Part shown: positions 52,264 to 64,000 of the stretch, piece by piece | Layout: each line of letters opens with the position of its first letter | How positions within the stretch are numbered: the first letter of the stretch is position 1 | Origin: Vicugna vicugna | Taxonomy: Eukaryota | Assembly (NCBI GenBank): GCA_013265495.1 | Contig: MU057744.1 | Span: 2,803,370 to 2,867,369 of the forward strand | Reading direction: 5' to 3' | Length of the DNA: 64,000 nucleotides | Translations under genes and position numbers: made by a program | The notes under the pieces: generated by a model | Database searches by the model: none | Told to the model about the DNA's origin: nothing | Seen by the model: only the letters and a program-made list of their open reading frames with translations

Positions 52264-55200
52264 TCCTTTCACAAATGATAAGGCTGTAACCAATCCAATT
52301 TACAAAGAGAGAAACCGAGTTTTGGAAGGTAATTGAATTTGTGCTGTTATGTCCACAGAACTGGTCTTTGTTTTTCTTGAAGGTATGATTAGCAATAGGA
52401 AAATGGGAAAAAAATGGACTTTTACATAAGGCACATGTGCAAAGTCCAGTTACCAATGTCTTGTGTCTTGTTCAACTCGGAGCTGCAATGAGTCCTTTTC
52501 CCAGCACGGGAGTTGTTTGGAATGGGGTCTCAGCATCTTAGCAAGAATCTAAGCAGACGTACAGGTTTTAATTGGTTTTAAATTGTTCTTTTTCAAAGCT
52601 GGAGTAAGCATATATAAACTTTCAAGGTTTCATTTATATCGACACAAAATGCAACACCTTAAAATAGTCCCCTTCAGCATCTGCAATGGACAGACACAAG
52701 CTTAGAATACGTGTGTGAAGAGGGAGTTGCTCGTTTCAGATTATGCTGTTAAAATGGAATGTGATGTTACATGATGCATCTCTTCTCGTGAAAAAGGCGC
52801 ATCACAGGTATTTCAAGACAATGCCATATTACATGGACTTTGTTTATTTCTTATGGCTTACCCAGATGATTGTTTAAGGTTAACCACTGACGATGGTATT
52901 CAAAGTTACATACTTGGCTACATAAAAGTTTTACAGTTTGCACACATTGAAAGTTTAGATTGCATGTAAGCTAAAAAAACAATATTCACACTGCCAGCAA
53001 GATGCAAAGAACAGAGCACTAAGAAGTAGGCATTTTAATTTAAAATTTTTGTATGAAGGAGAATTTGCTATCCTCTCCAGATGCGATGGCACTCTTACCA
53101 AACCACAGGCTACTTCCCTTCGATCCCTCTGGGCGCGTCTGCTCCCCAGCCCCTGCCCTGTTCCCAGCTTCAGTCCTCAGCGTCACAGCTTGTGTTAACG
53201 TATCGCTTCTTTCCTGCCGCTGAGCAAACTGCTCTTGCTCACGAGCACAGAACTTGAGGTTTTGCAAGGCTTTACTCTCAACTCGAGAAGAACATCTTTG
53301 AAGATGAAGCACTCTTTATTCGTAGCTGAACACATTCTAGCTGCTACAGTACCAATGGTCTGGCCTAGTTAATTTTGTAACGCCAACAAGTGTTCACAGT
53401 ATTTAAGCTGGATGAGCATGACTTTCTCTGAATTATAATGGAATGAAAATACTAGACTTTATCCATATCCAAATCCTTGTTTTGTGGATAAATTTGTAAG
53501 CAGCGCCGTCATCAGGAACGCAGCCGTGAAATAAAACCAGGTGGAACTGAAGATGAGTTTGTATCAGGTGTTGTTTAGAGCTTTAGATTCAGTGGTTAAT
53601 AAGTTGTATAAATAGTACGGTTATTAAAACAGGTAGCTCCACAGTAACGCACCGTGTGACATTTGAACTGTTACACACAATGAGGTAAAAGAAAGCTCTG
53701 TTAAATAAAGTAAAACCACTAGAAAGCTAGTATTTGAATGGACATCACTTGAACGGAAAATCTGAAGAGGGAGTGAGCAACTGTGCTGGTGAAGAGAAAT
53801 GCAGTTTTGTGAAACAAAGTGCCCGTATAAAATCCAGGAGACCCAATCCCCCCTCTGTCCATTCTTACCACATTAAATAGATACCTAGACAACAGAGAGA
53901 GAGACGGAGGGAGAGACAGAGAGACCGCTGCGTAGGTGGACAGGGCACAGGAAGAATGTGGCACCGCCGAGGTACCGGCTCTTTACGTGGCCTTCATGAC
54001 TCTCGGTGCCGCTTCCCCAGCCTCTTTCCCCAGTTCCTGACTTCCCACCGAGGCAGCCTCAAGCCCTGTCATCAGTTCGACAGCATTAGAGCAAACGGCC
54101 GCAGACAGGAGGAGTGTCACCCCTGCCTCCCCCGCCCCCCCAGGAAGAGCCGAGAGGGGCTGATGGCTGTGCTCCCGCCTGGCTCACCGAGGACACGGTG
54201 TCTGTGAAGAAGCGGAAGACGGGAGGCCCGGTGCTCCTGGACCTGCTGTGGTCGGGACAGCTTCGCTTTGTGGACGGGGGGCGTGTGACACGGCGGCTTG
54301 GCTTTGCTAGGTGCGCCTGCACGGGTGGCTGAGCTGGTAATACTGCAGAAGCCTTTTAACTGCCGTTGCCTGGCTCTTAGAATGACCTGGAATTTTCCGT
54401 TTTCCTGGTCACCTGATGCCAGGGCCCTCCTGATCTTACACCTTTCGTTCCTTGTGTTCATTTTGTGTTTTAATTAGACATCAGAAAACCAAAGGAAACA
54501 CAGGTGAGCAGAGCAGTTAAGTAGCCTCCAGACTCACAAAGGCAAGCGGTGGCTGCTCTCCCTTCCCTCCCGAACCCTCTGTGGGGTCAGGAGTGAGGTG
54601 AAGAACTGTGAATTAGGGACAGAAAATGTCAAACTGTGGGCTAACCCTTAAGTGGCTTCAAAAATGTTTATAGTCTACCACTCGACATTAAAAATTGAAA
54701 ATGGAAGCCCTAGACAAGGCGTTATGAATAAGCTTGGGCAAGACAGACGAAGAGATACCCAACATGAGAACCCATCCACACCGAGGCCTCGGTCTGACAT
54801 CCGCCGATGCGGGCTTGCAGGTGTGCGGATCCGCTTCAAGTCACAAAGAAGGTGGCAAACCATGGGGCCAGAAGACTGCTTCGTCACCTCTGAACTCTGA
54901 ACTCGGTGTGACTCTGCCTGTCCCGCAGAAGAGGCTCAGGAAAGGAAGCAGCGCGGCCAGGGTCACCCAGGAGAGTTCAGACCTGGGTAACCTCTGCTCA
55001 GACCGAGAGCCGTGGTCGGCGGACGCTGAACGCCTGCCTCGACTGACAACTGTGACGAATTAACGTTGTCGACGGTGGCTGAGCTGGAAACAGGTACACA
55101 CACCTAGGAAACATCATCATCCCTCAACAAACCATGCTGATTTTCAGTCTTGCTTGCTATGAATCAAATAGAAAAAAAGACAGCATTTTAGGATTAATAT

Positions 55201-58200
55201 TTGTTACCAGCAAGTTATGATTTCCACTGAATTGGACTACATTTACTTGGATCCTGGATATTAAGCTATTAACTAAATTTATATAGTTGCTAAGTAACAG
55301 ATTAAAAGCAACCCACCTCAGTGAATCCAAACAATGGATAAATGCCATCAGTTTTAAATAGAAAATGTTCAGTGAGTGGAAATATTAACTTTTCAACTAA
55401 TTGCCCTTCCCTCGGCTTTCTGGCACGTCATCTCCTTTACCTCCGTGGCCTCCTCATGTAGGAAGACCTACGTGTGTACACAGAAGAAATATGAAGGCTC
55501 TTTATTTAGCTCAAAGAAATGATAGCTTAGCCCTGGAAAGATCGTAAGTAAATGGTAAAATACCAGTTAATCACCTTCCAGCCATTAAACCTAACAATCT
55601 TTTATATAAACGCTTTTATTTGTAGCATTCCAAAAATATAAGAAATAATGATTATTTTAGATAAAAATTATCCTTTCTTCAAGTGGACTTTTTACTTATT
55701 CCTGTTGTAAATTCAGGATTGAGAAGAGCCATCCTAATAAATCTCTATACGTCTCCTTTGAACTTTAGAAATACTTCAACGCTGAGGTCAGAACAACGTC
55801 TCTTTAATCCAACAGATCCTTTACCAAATTCTGTGGCTATTTAGGGAGCTGTGTTCCTGCTGCCTCCTGGAGAGTCATAAATCTCACAGGGTTCGCCTCA
55901 TGTTAGAAAACTTCATCTTGAGAAACCACGACTTACGGAAGAAAGATAACATGTACGTATATTCTTGCTCAAGTCCAAGCAGCCTCTTAATTACGTACAA
56001 ATCGTAGCTCAGGACAAGTCAGTCGCGGCCAACACCTTTAATGTGCTTTCAGGCCGTCAGATCTTAGTTAAGCAGGTAAACAATTGGTATGTTTACAGTA
56101 AAAGAACAAAGGACCAATGTGAGGAGGGAGGCCGGCTGCTTTCAGCTTGTACACTGGCTTTTAAAGGATGCTTGTCTCAGATAAGGCTTCTCCAAGAATG
56201 TGCACCTTTGTTTGCATTAGGCTTCTTACTTTAAGAAAAAGAAAAGGAAAAAAGCTACACTCTCTCCATCCTTGGCTAGGTTTTATTTTTCATGCAGAGT
56301 GTAGTCCATTTGTTTTCTAGGAACGTACTTCATTTGTATAATGAAACTTAGAAAGACCTTAAAGGTTCAATTGTTTTAAGAAGTTGATTGAACGTCTTTC
56401 TTTACAGAAGGCCTCTCTGCATCGTGACGGATGGCTTAGCCTCATAGTTTAGAATATGAGTTCTTCACAAAACCTGAGGAGTTTGAGTTCACTGTCACTC
56501 TCAGTGTAACCTGACTTTGGTTGTAGATTTGGGGCGGTGGCTAATCCCAGACATGACGAGGCGGATTTTCACTGTGTCCAGATTACTCTACAGTGGTAAG
56601 TCATGCCCTTTAATAGTGCATTAACTCTTTTCAGGCCTCTGGGAAAGCACTTCGGAAATACTGTTGTGTTTAGAATGGATACACTATCGACTGCGTCTGC
56701 CTGACCTGTCAGTGGAATTGTTAGCTCATACATGACAGGTAACTCTTTAGTCTCCAAATCCCATGGCCTTTTTCGGTCTACAGTTTCATCAATCTTTGGC
56801 ATCATTTGTGCCTCAGACAAAATGAGTTATTGGCCATTTACTAAACACAGCTTATTCATTTATTTGACATTTTTGCCCATTCTGCTCTCTCTGGCTAAAA
56901 TGTCTTATGATTTCTTAAAAAAAAAAAAAAAAACTCCGTTCCCGTTTGCACAAAATGTGTCAATTCAGCGCTTTGTAATTCCGTAGAACTTCAGTTCTGA
57001 TCCTCGCAGCCTCTCCCGGGTCGTGGCTTTTACTGCGGGTGTTCATGTTGGCAGGTATTTCTGACCAAGATCCTGATTTCTCGTGGGCAGGAAGCTTCAT
57101 GCCCCCCCCCAGTGCCCACGCTGGGGGCTTAGGAGACGGCATTCAAAGAACACACAACCGCCCAGAGCACAGGGCCGGGAACTCCCGGCTCTTCCAGCGG
57201 AAGGACGCTAGTCTTGGTTTGGGAAACAGAGCTACATCAGCTGTCTGAAAGGGAGAGTGCTGACAGTAACCTCCAGAAGTAAATGTGCTTCCAAAAATCT
57301 GTGTCAAGTCCCCAGGAGGGATATGCTCGCCAAGATAACCTGTCTCTGTATTTAAACTTGAAAGCCGTGATGTTTGCATTTAAAATAGTTTACTTAAATT
57401 ACTGTGAAGCTGCATTTTTCTTTATATAAAGGGTTTTAGAAACAGCAAACCTTGAATAAACATAAAAACACGCTATTCTTACATAGTAACTGTTTCAAGC
57501 AACATGGCTTTGCTTTGGCAACGTAGTGCCCAAATCCAAATGCCTGAGCAACTGGTGTGATTTCTTTTCTATTGTAGAAATATAGAGAGCTCTACTTTCC
57601 ATTGTCGCTCTCAGTAGGTATCTGAAAGTGTCATTTTTAATCAAATTATTATTACGAGTATTCTGACAACTGGGGGCATTTACATCACTTGCATATATCA
57701 TGCAACGTTCAGATACCTTGGCAAATCTTAATTCATCTTTTCTTGTACCAAGGAACAGCTTTCAGTCAAAAGATAAATTTTGTCTGAAAAATTTAAATAG
57801 TGGCATAGATATTTAAGTAAAAAGGGCTGGATGATTATACTTATTCCCGTAAATGTTGTTCCATATAATGCACTCCTGTTTTTTTGCCAGGTGCTGATAA
57901 CAGATTACATAATACACTGTTAATCAGAATTCTGGCTTGTGAGTCACAGTTTTATTTTCATATTTCAGTTGCCCTAATTTTTTTCCCTATAAACTAATCT
58001 GTTGCAAAAAGTCTCCATGAGTTTTTTTCACATTTATTTTGTTTCTCCCAAGAGCAGCAACAGGCTCAAAGTCTATACGGAAAAAAAAGAAAAAAGAAAA
58101 AAACACGGGGATTTGTGACTGTTTTTCCTTTGCTGTCTCTTGATGTACAGCGAAGAAAAGAAAAAGAAAAAGTAACTTTATCCTGAGAAAAGATAAAACA

Positions 58201-58862
58201 GAGAACAGGTCGCCTGTTTTCCCTCTGGCCAAGGAATTACGGCTCTGAATTGGCAGTCCTGCCCGCGAGGAGACGCTGCTGTGGGCGAGATGCCTGCTCC
58301 CAGCCCCAGGGCGATGGAGGCGCCCCGCCTTCCTTCGCCTCTGCTTCACTCCTGAGCCGACGCCAGCTGCTGGCTTGGACCCAGAGACACCACTGGTGCT
58401 GTTTATACTGAGGCGCACAGCTCTGGGGGGCTTGGGGGCAGGACACAGTTTCTAGAAGCAGCTACCCCGAGTTGGAAGCCTTCTTTAGGATGTTCCTTTT
58501 AGCGTCAGCACACCGGAGTCCATCTCCTCCAGTGTTCCCGCTGTGGAAGTCCCTCTCTCCGGCTTTGCAGCGGGAGTTCTGGATTGCTCCTGTTCATTCT
58601 CCTGTTGGGTCCGATACAGCTCCTCTTCCCGGTAGTGCTGAATCATGCACTCACCTCCCTCGAGCACCAGGCGGGACCTGGGTGAGGGCCGGGGAGAGGA
58701 ACGACGGAGAGAATCGTAAATCTGCCTCTGGTCCAGCCGGCAGAAATTCCCCAGACTCATACCCGGTCTGTTCCATCCCCGTAGAGTCCAGATTTTATCC
58801 CAGAGTTTCTCCTCTGCCCAACCCACTCAGAACCTTGGGAGACATCCGCCTGCCGCCTGGGG

Positions 58863-58936
58863 CTAGACATTCAGGATGCTCGCCGTGTCTCCTTCGAGAT
58901 GCCACACAGGAGGAAGGTGAAGACCAAGATCCTGGT
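58863..58936 (-). CDS. Candidate last coding segment (phase-1 reading xDQDLGLHLPPVWHLEGDTASILNV*); frame unresolved
   Basis: Follows the acceptor at 58937. Other phases give TRILVFTFLLCGISKETRRAS* or PGSWSSPSSCVASRRRHGEHPECLA... The exon may also be entirely non-coding. Confidence 0.3.
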
Positions 58937-60790
58937 CTTTTATAGATAGGAGACGAGAGCAAAGAGAGACAGGGCCTCCGAGGATGAGAGACGTGAGAGC
59001 CTTTGGGCTTAGCCGGGACCGCCCAGGAGAAGGGAGAGTAAAACCCTGATGTCAGGGCCACCCAGGGTCTGACGCAGAGAGGGCTTGGCCAGCATAGGGA
59101 GCTGAGATGCCATCTGACTGCATCTAAGCATAAACGGGCAGAGACTGCTAACAGTCATTTTTTCCCAGGGTTGAAATAGTCCTAAAGGTCAGTTTTTCCG
59201 GGCAACGCCTATGTGATGTTCACGGATGAATCAGTGCTCATCTGCCAGCCCTCATCCACGCCACTCACAGCAGCACCGCTCTGAGATCTGGCCGTGTAGG
59301 GCCTGGCATCGACTCCGGAGTGCCTTCCTGAAAATACTGTAAGACCTCTCTGTGCTGTGGGCCTGTGGTGTCATCAGGGAAGGTCACCAGGGCCTGGACT
59401 GCTTGGCCCTAGTCCCCATTACTCTCTTTCAGGGAACAGTCCAACCCTGTCCCAACAGCCCGCCTCTCCCATGACCACTGCGCAAGGCCAGCCAGACCCG
59501 CCAGGCGGAGAGGCAGGATGCACGCCGTCAGGGTTGTCCCAAGAGCTGGTGTCCAGTCCCTGCTTGTAGGTGGAGGGCCTGGTGACAGGTCAGTCCAGCT
59601 GGCTGGCGCAGTGTTTCTTTCACAAGGTCTTATGAGACTGGGGTGCCAGAATCATGCTGACCCGCTGACCCGGGGTGATTTTTGACCCGTGGAGGAAGCA
59701 GCTATTGGGCTCAAAAGACCGTCACCAGTCCGTGGCCTGAACCGTGTAGGGTCTCGCCCACCTGCCTCCGCCACTGCTCTGTGCCTGCCTGTGATGGAGG
59801 AGCCCTGCAACTCCCCTGCTCCTTGTCCCCATGCCACCAGCCCCAAGGGAGGTCACCTCCCCTCCTCCACAGGCTTCACAACACATAACCAGGCAGACCT
59901 CTTTCTCTTAAGGGACTTTGAGACCCTTAAAACCCGTGAGAGGAACAGGCCATGCGAATCTGTGTCCTCTCTCGCCTCCACCAGGGGCAGTGACGCTGTG
60001 GCCTCCTTGGGCGTTACTCAGCCATACCAGCTGAGGGGCTGGCCTTCCTTGTGCGAAGGGAGCCGTCCTTCTGGTTCAGCTCGTGGGCCCCATAACTGTC
60101 CCCCTGACTAGTGTTTGTGTGTGGAAGGCGGGGACAACGTTGTCAGAGACCACACTGTAGGAATTCAGTGATCATGACCTAAAAAGTAAAAGAGATGTGG
60201 TTGGAAGATGTGTTGCCCTGTCTCTACAATATAAAATCCAGACAGTAAATGGAACATGATGAGAAAATAAATTCTCTTTCACGTGATTCTGGATGCTCAG
60301 AGTAAGAGCGGCATCTGAGGTCAGTCTTAACAAAGCATGGTCACAAACTCTGATGGTCATTAGAATCCAGTGTTCACGGGTGGCTCAGTGGATGAGACGG
60401 TGTCGCCAGTATCCGCGCAGTCAGCGCTAAATAATGGGTGCCAGGAAACTGCAAAGGCCGGAATACCTGTTTGGTTTAAATATAGATCATTTGAATAATA
60501 ACAGTTTAAATAACAGTGTTGCTCCCTTTTTACTGGGCGGGGCGTATGAAGTTAACCCGGAAGACTGCCTTTGTTACTAAAGTCCATGAAGAGATGGTCC
60601 CTCGATCTGGCAGGAGGTGATGATGCCTGACCGGCGCGGGGAGTCTCACGCACTAGCTGGACAGTGAACAAAAAAGACCTGTTCTCCACCCAGCATTCTA
60701 GGTCTAAATCTACATCTGTGGGCTGCTGTACCTCGCATGAGCCCTTGAATTTTGCTTGTAAATACAGAAGCCTCCCCACATGAAACTTAC

Positions 60791-60904
60791 CCAAGTTCCC
60801 GTATACTGAAAGCAGCCCTGCCCACACTCTGGGTTTGGCAGCCCATGTGGCCCTGGCCACGTCAGGGAACCACAGCTCAGTGTCCCTTCCCAAGTAGAAC
60901 CGGT
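60791..60904 (-). other. Candidate 114-nt internal exon (alternative 15-nt form 60791-60805)
   Basis: Consensus donor TGG|GTAAGT at 60790. Acceptors 'ttctctcctgctaAG' (60905) and 'ctgctttcAG' (60806). Both lengths are multiples of 3. Confidence 0.3.
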
Positions 60905-61502
60905 CTTAGCAGGAGAGAACCAGCAGGTCGGTGGTCATTCCAGAGGCAGTCGTTGCTTTGTAGGTGCCAACGGCAATACCCACGGCTGAGAGGTGGCTTG
61001 GGCTGGGGGAGCGGTTTGAGGGGCAGGAGCTTAAGGAAAGCAGAAAAATGTTTGAGCTGTTTGCTTGATCTCTGTCCCGGCCCCTGCTCGCATCAGCTCT
61101 TCTCCAGAATAAACCGATAGAGCAGGGTGCTGAGGATTGCAAGGCCAGGTCGTTTCTCAGTTGAAACTAGACTGCAAATTTTAAGCCTTTCTTTTCTAGA
61201 AATTGTAGACTCACCACTGTTAGTAGGACTGATAGCAACAGACTCTTCAGTAGGGTGATAAATGAACCCTCTCCTGAGGTTCAGGAATTCTTTATCAGCC
61301 CCAGAGGCTATCAAAGTGTTCCCCTATCTAAAGGGATCTTTAGAATCTGATATATGAATTTAAATGTAATTTGAAATAAATATGAAATTTGCTATAGTGA
61401 GAGCTGATTTCAAGGTGGCAGAATGAGCCACATTACACTCAGCTCATCCTAAGCCAGAAATTGTAAAGAACGCTGAGGCACTGACAGAAAAGACGAACTT
61501 AC

Positions 61503-61731
61503 CAGGTCTTCTCAGACAGTGCACGTGGTCATCTCCCCAAAATGGGACGGAAAAGAAGGTAGGGCTCACCTGCTCTCTGAAGCCAACTGGGGGTGACTGC
61601 AGGACGTTCTCTCCTAAGACTTAACGATGCCTTCTAGAAGGGGTCCTGGTATAGTTGTCTGTCTTACATTTATTCTGCATGGACCAGTGCCAGTAGCATT
61701 AAGACAAAGAACAGTCCAGCTAGCCTTACAC
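61503..61731 (-). other. Candidate exon
   Basis: Acceptor 'ttttatttgctgtatttAG|GTGTAA' at 61732. Donors CAG|GTGAGC (61569) and CTG|GTAAGT (61502). Confidence 0.3.
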
Positions 61732-62061
61732 CTAAATACAGCAAATAAAAGGCAATTTTTGGAATGTGGTACTAGAGCAGCTCCCAAACGTCAGTAGAGA
61801 TCACCGTAACATCCCCACAGTGATGGGGTCCCAGACAGGTGAAGTCGAGGTTTGTCATGCCTCTCACTGGTTTTATTCTGACTTACTTGATAGAGTCTAA
61901 CAAATTCTCATTCACAAGTAACACAAGAAGTAGGCAAGTGTAGAAGAAATGTAAGTAATTTGCAAGACAGTTTATCATTTCCTTCATTCCTCCTTAGTCC
62001 ACTACTTGTGTTAATTTCCCATTAATTACATACAGTAACTTTCTTTCTTTAAGCCCCAATA

Positions 62062-64000
62062 TTTTTTAAATTGAAGTACAGTCAATTACAGTGTGTCAGT
62101 TTCTGGTGTGCAGCACAATGTGCCACTCATGCATATACATACATGTATTCATTTTCTTATTCTTTTTCATTAAAGGTTATTGCAAGATATTGAACATAGT
62201 TCCTTGTGCTATACAGAAGAAAGTTTTTTAAAATCTAGTTTTATATATAGTGGTTAACGTTTGTAAATCTCAAACTCCCAAATTTATCCCTTCCTACCGC
62301 CTTTCCCCTGGTAATCATAAAATTGTTTACTATGTCTGCAAGTCTGTTTCTGTTTTGTAGATGAGTTCATTAGTGTCCTCTTTTTTCTATTTTCTTTTTT
62401 TTTTTTTTAGATTCCACATATGAGTGATAGCATATGGTATTTTTCTTTCTCTTTCTGGTTTACTTCGCTTAGAATGATGATCTCCAGTTCCATCTACCAT
62501 CTATGTCAAATGGCATTATTTTATTCTTTTTCATGGCCGAGTAGTATTCCATTGTATAAATATACCACAGCATTTTTATCCAGTCATATGTTGATGGACA
62601 TTTAGATCATTTCCATGTCTTGGCTGTTGTATATATTGCTACTATGAACACTGGGGTGGTTGTGTCTTTTGAGTTCAAGTTCCCTCCAGATATATGCCCA
62701 AGAGTGGGATTGCTGGGTCATATGGTAAATGTATTTTTAGTTTTTTGAGGAATTTCCATACTGTTTTCCATAGTGGCTGCACCAATTTATATTCCCACCA
62801 GCAGTGTAGGAGGGCTCCCTTTTCTCCACAGCCTCTCCAGCATTTGTCATTTGTGGGCTTTTGAATGATATGGCCATTCTGACTGGTGTGAGGTGATACC
62901 TCATTGTAGTTTTGATTTGCATTTCTCTGATAATTAGTGATATTGAGCATTTTTTTCATGTATCTATTGGCCCTTGTACGTCTTCACTGGAGAAATGTCT
63001 CTCTAGGTCATCTGCCTGTTGTTTGATTCAGCTGTCTTTTTTTGTTATTGACTTGTATGACCTGTTTATATATTCTGGAAATTAATCCCTTGTCAGTCCT
63101 ATCAGCTGCAAAGATTTTTTCCCATTCTGTAGGTTGTCATTTTATTTTGCTTATGGTTTCCTTTGCTGTGCAAAAGCTTTTAATTTTAATTAGGTCCCAC
63201 TTGTGTATTTTTGCTTTTATTTCTATTGCCTGGGTAGACTGCCCTAGGGGAACATTGCTAAGGTTTATGTCAGAATGTTTTACCTATGTTTTCTTGTAGA
63301 AGATTTATCTTGTCTTGTCTTATATTTAAGTCTTAAAGCCATTTTGAGTTTATTTTTGTGTATGGTGTAAGGGATTGTTCTAGCTTCACTAATTTACATG
63401 CAGCTGTCCAGTTTTCCCAGAACCACTTGCTGAAGAGACTGTCTTTTCTCCATTGTATATTCTTGCCTCCTTTGTCAATGATTAATTGATTGTAGGTCTG
63501 TGGGTACATTCCTGGGCTCTCTATTCTGGTCCATTGGTCCATTTGTCTGGTTTTGTGCCAATACCATGCTATTTTGATTACTGTAGCTCTGTAGTATTTC
63601 TGAAGTCTGGGAGGGTTATTTTTCCAGCTTCATTTTTTTCTTCAGTATTGTTTTTGAAATTCTGGGTTTTTTGTGGTTCCATGTAAATTTTAGGATTATT
63701 TGTTCTAGTTCTGTGAAAAATGTCATGGGTAGTTTGACAGGAATGACATTAAATCTGTAGATTGCCTTGGGCAGTATGGCCATTTTAACAATATTGAGTC
63801 TTCTAATCCAAGGGCATGGGATATCTTTCCATTTCTTTAGGCCATCATTAGTTTCCTTAATCAATGTTTTGTAGTTCTTCATGTATAAGTCTTTCACCTC
63901 CTTGGTCAGATTTAATTCTAAGTATTTTATTGTTTTGGATGCAATTTTAAAAGGGGTTGTTTCTTTACCTTCTTTTCTTGCTATTTCACTGTTAGTGTAA
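62062..64000 (-). mobile_element. Young LINE-1, 3' UTR and fragmented ORF2, continuing beyond the window
   Basis: ORF2 peptides '[29 protein letters not shown]', 'DQWTRIESP...[16 protein letters not shown]' and '[17 protein letters not shown]' occur in shifted frames. Confidence 0.96.

Larger units (their letters stand above)
52240..58936 (-). other. Probable ~6.7-kb terminal exon/3' UTR of an unidentified minus-strand gene
   Basis: Strong acceptor 'ctgtctctctttgctctcgtctcctatctataaaAG|ACCAGG' at 58937. No recognisable interspersed repeats over the interval, U-rich tracts, several AATAAA, and a canonical poly(A) site at the end. Confidence 0.55.

Noticed and set aside
49086..52293. Long ORFs of 140-264 aa
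   Set aside because: They reflect GC-rich composition, microsatellites and read-through of the N gap.
56569..56820. 83-aa minus-strand ORF with protein-like composition
   Set aside because: Non-ATG start, lies within the inferred 3' UTR, and no homology was recognised.
59978..59991. CTCF-like ccaccaggggcag
   Set aside because: One G short of the required core spacing.
1..64000. CRISPR arrays, operons, tRNA/rRNA genes or other prokaryotic systems
   Set aside because: None seen. The repeat content shows that the window is mammalian nuclear DNA.

Overview
This is mammalian nuclear DNA with no prokaryotic features. It is probably camelid, inferred from the young L1 3' ends and the absence of Alu, Bov-tA, PRE-1 and SINEC elements. 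Positions ~1-52.2 kb look intergenic and repeat-rich: young 5'-truncated L1s (several with target-site duplications), old L1M fragments, L2, MIR, MaLR/ERVL LTRs, Tigger-derived MITEs, several CpG islands, CTCF-like motifs and one 80-N gap. Positions ~52.2-58.9 kb look like the long, repeat-poor terminal exon and 3' UTR of a minus-strand gene that I could not name. It has a canonical poly(A) site at 52258-52263 and candidate upstream exons at ~60.8 and ~61.7 kb. The most striking signal is focal, extreme A/T-to-G/C rewriting of ancient repeats: a ~650-bp CpG island at 16.0-16.7 kb is a recognisable L1 3' end, and an MLT2 LTR, a Tigger MITE, an L2 tail and microsatellites show the same bias, which points to GC-biased gene conversion hotspots. 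Nearly all listed ORFs are spurious or L1 remnants. Repeat family names come from recalled consensus sequences, not from a database search.
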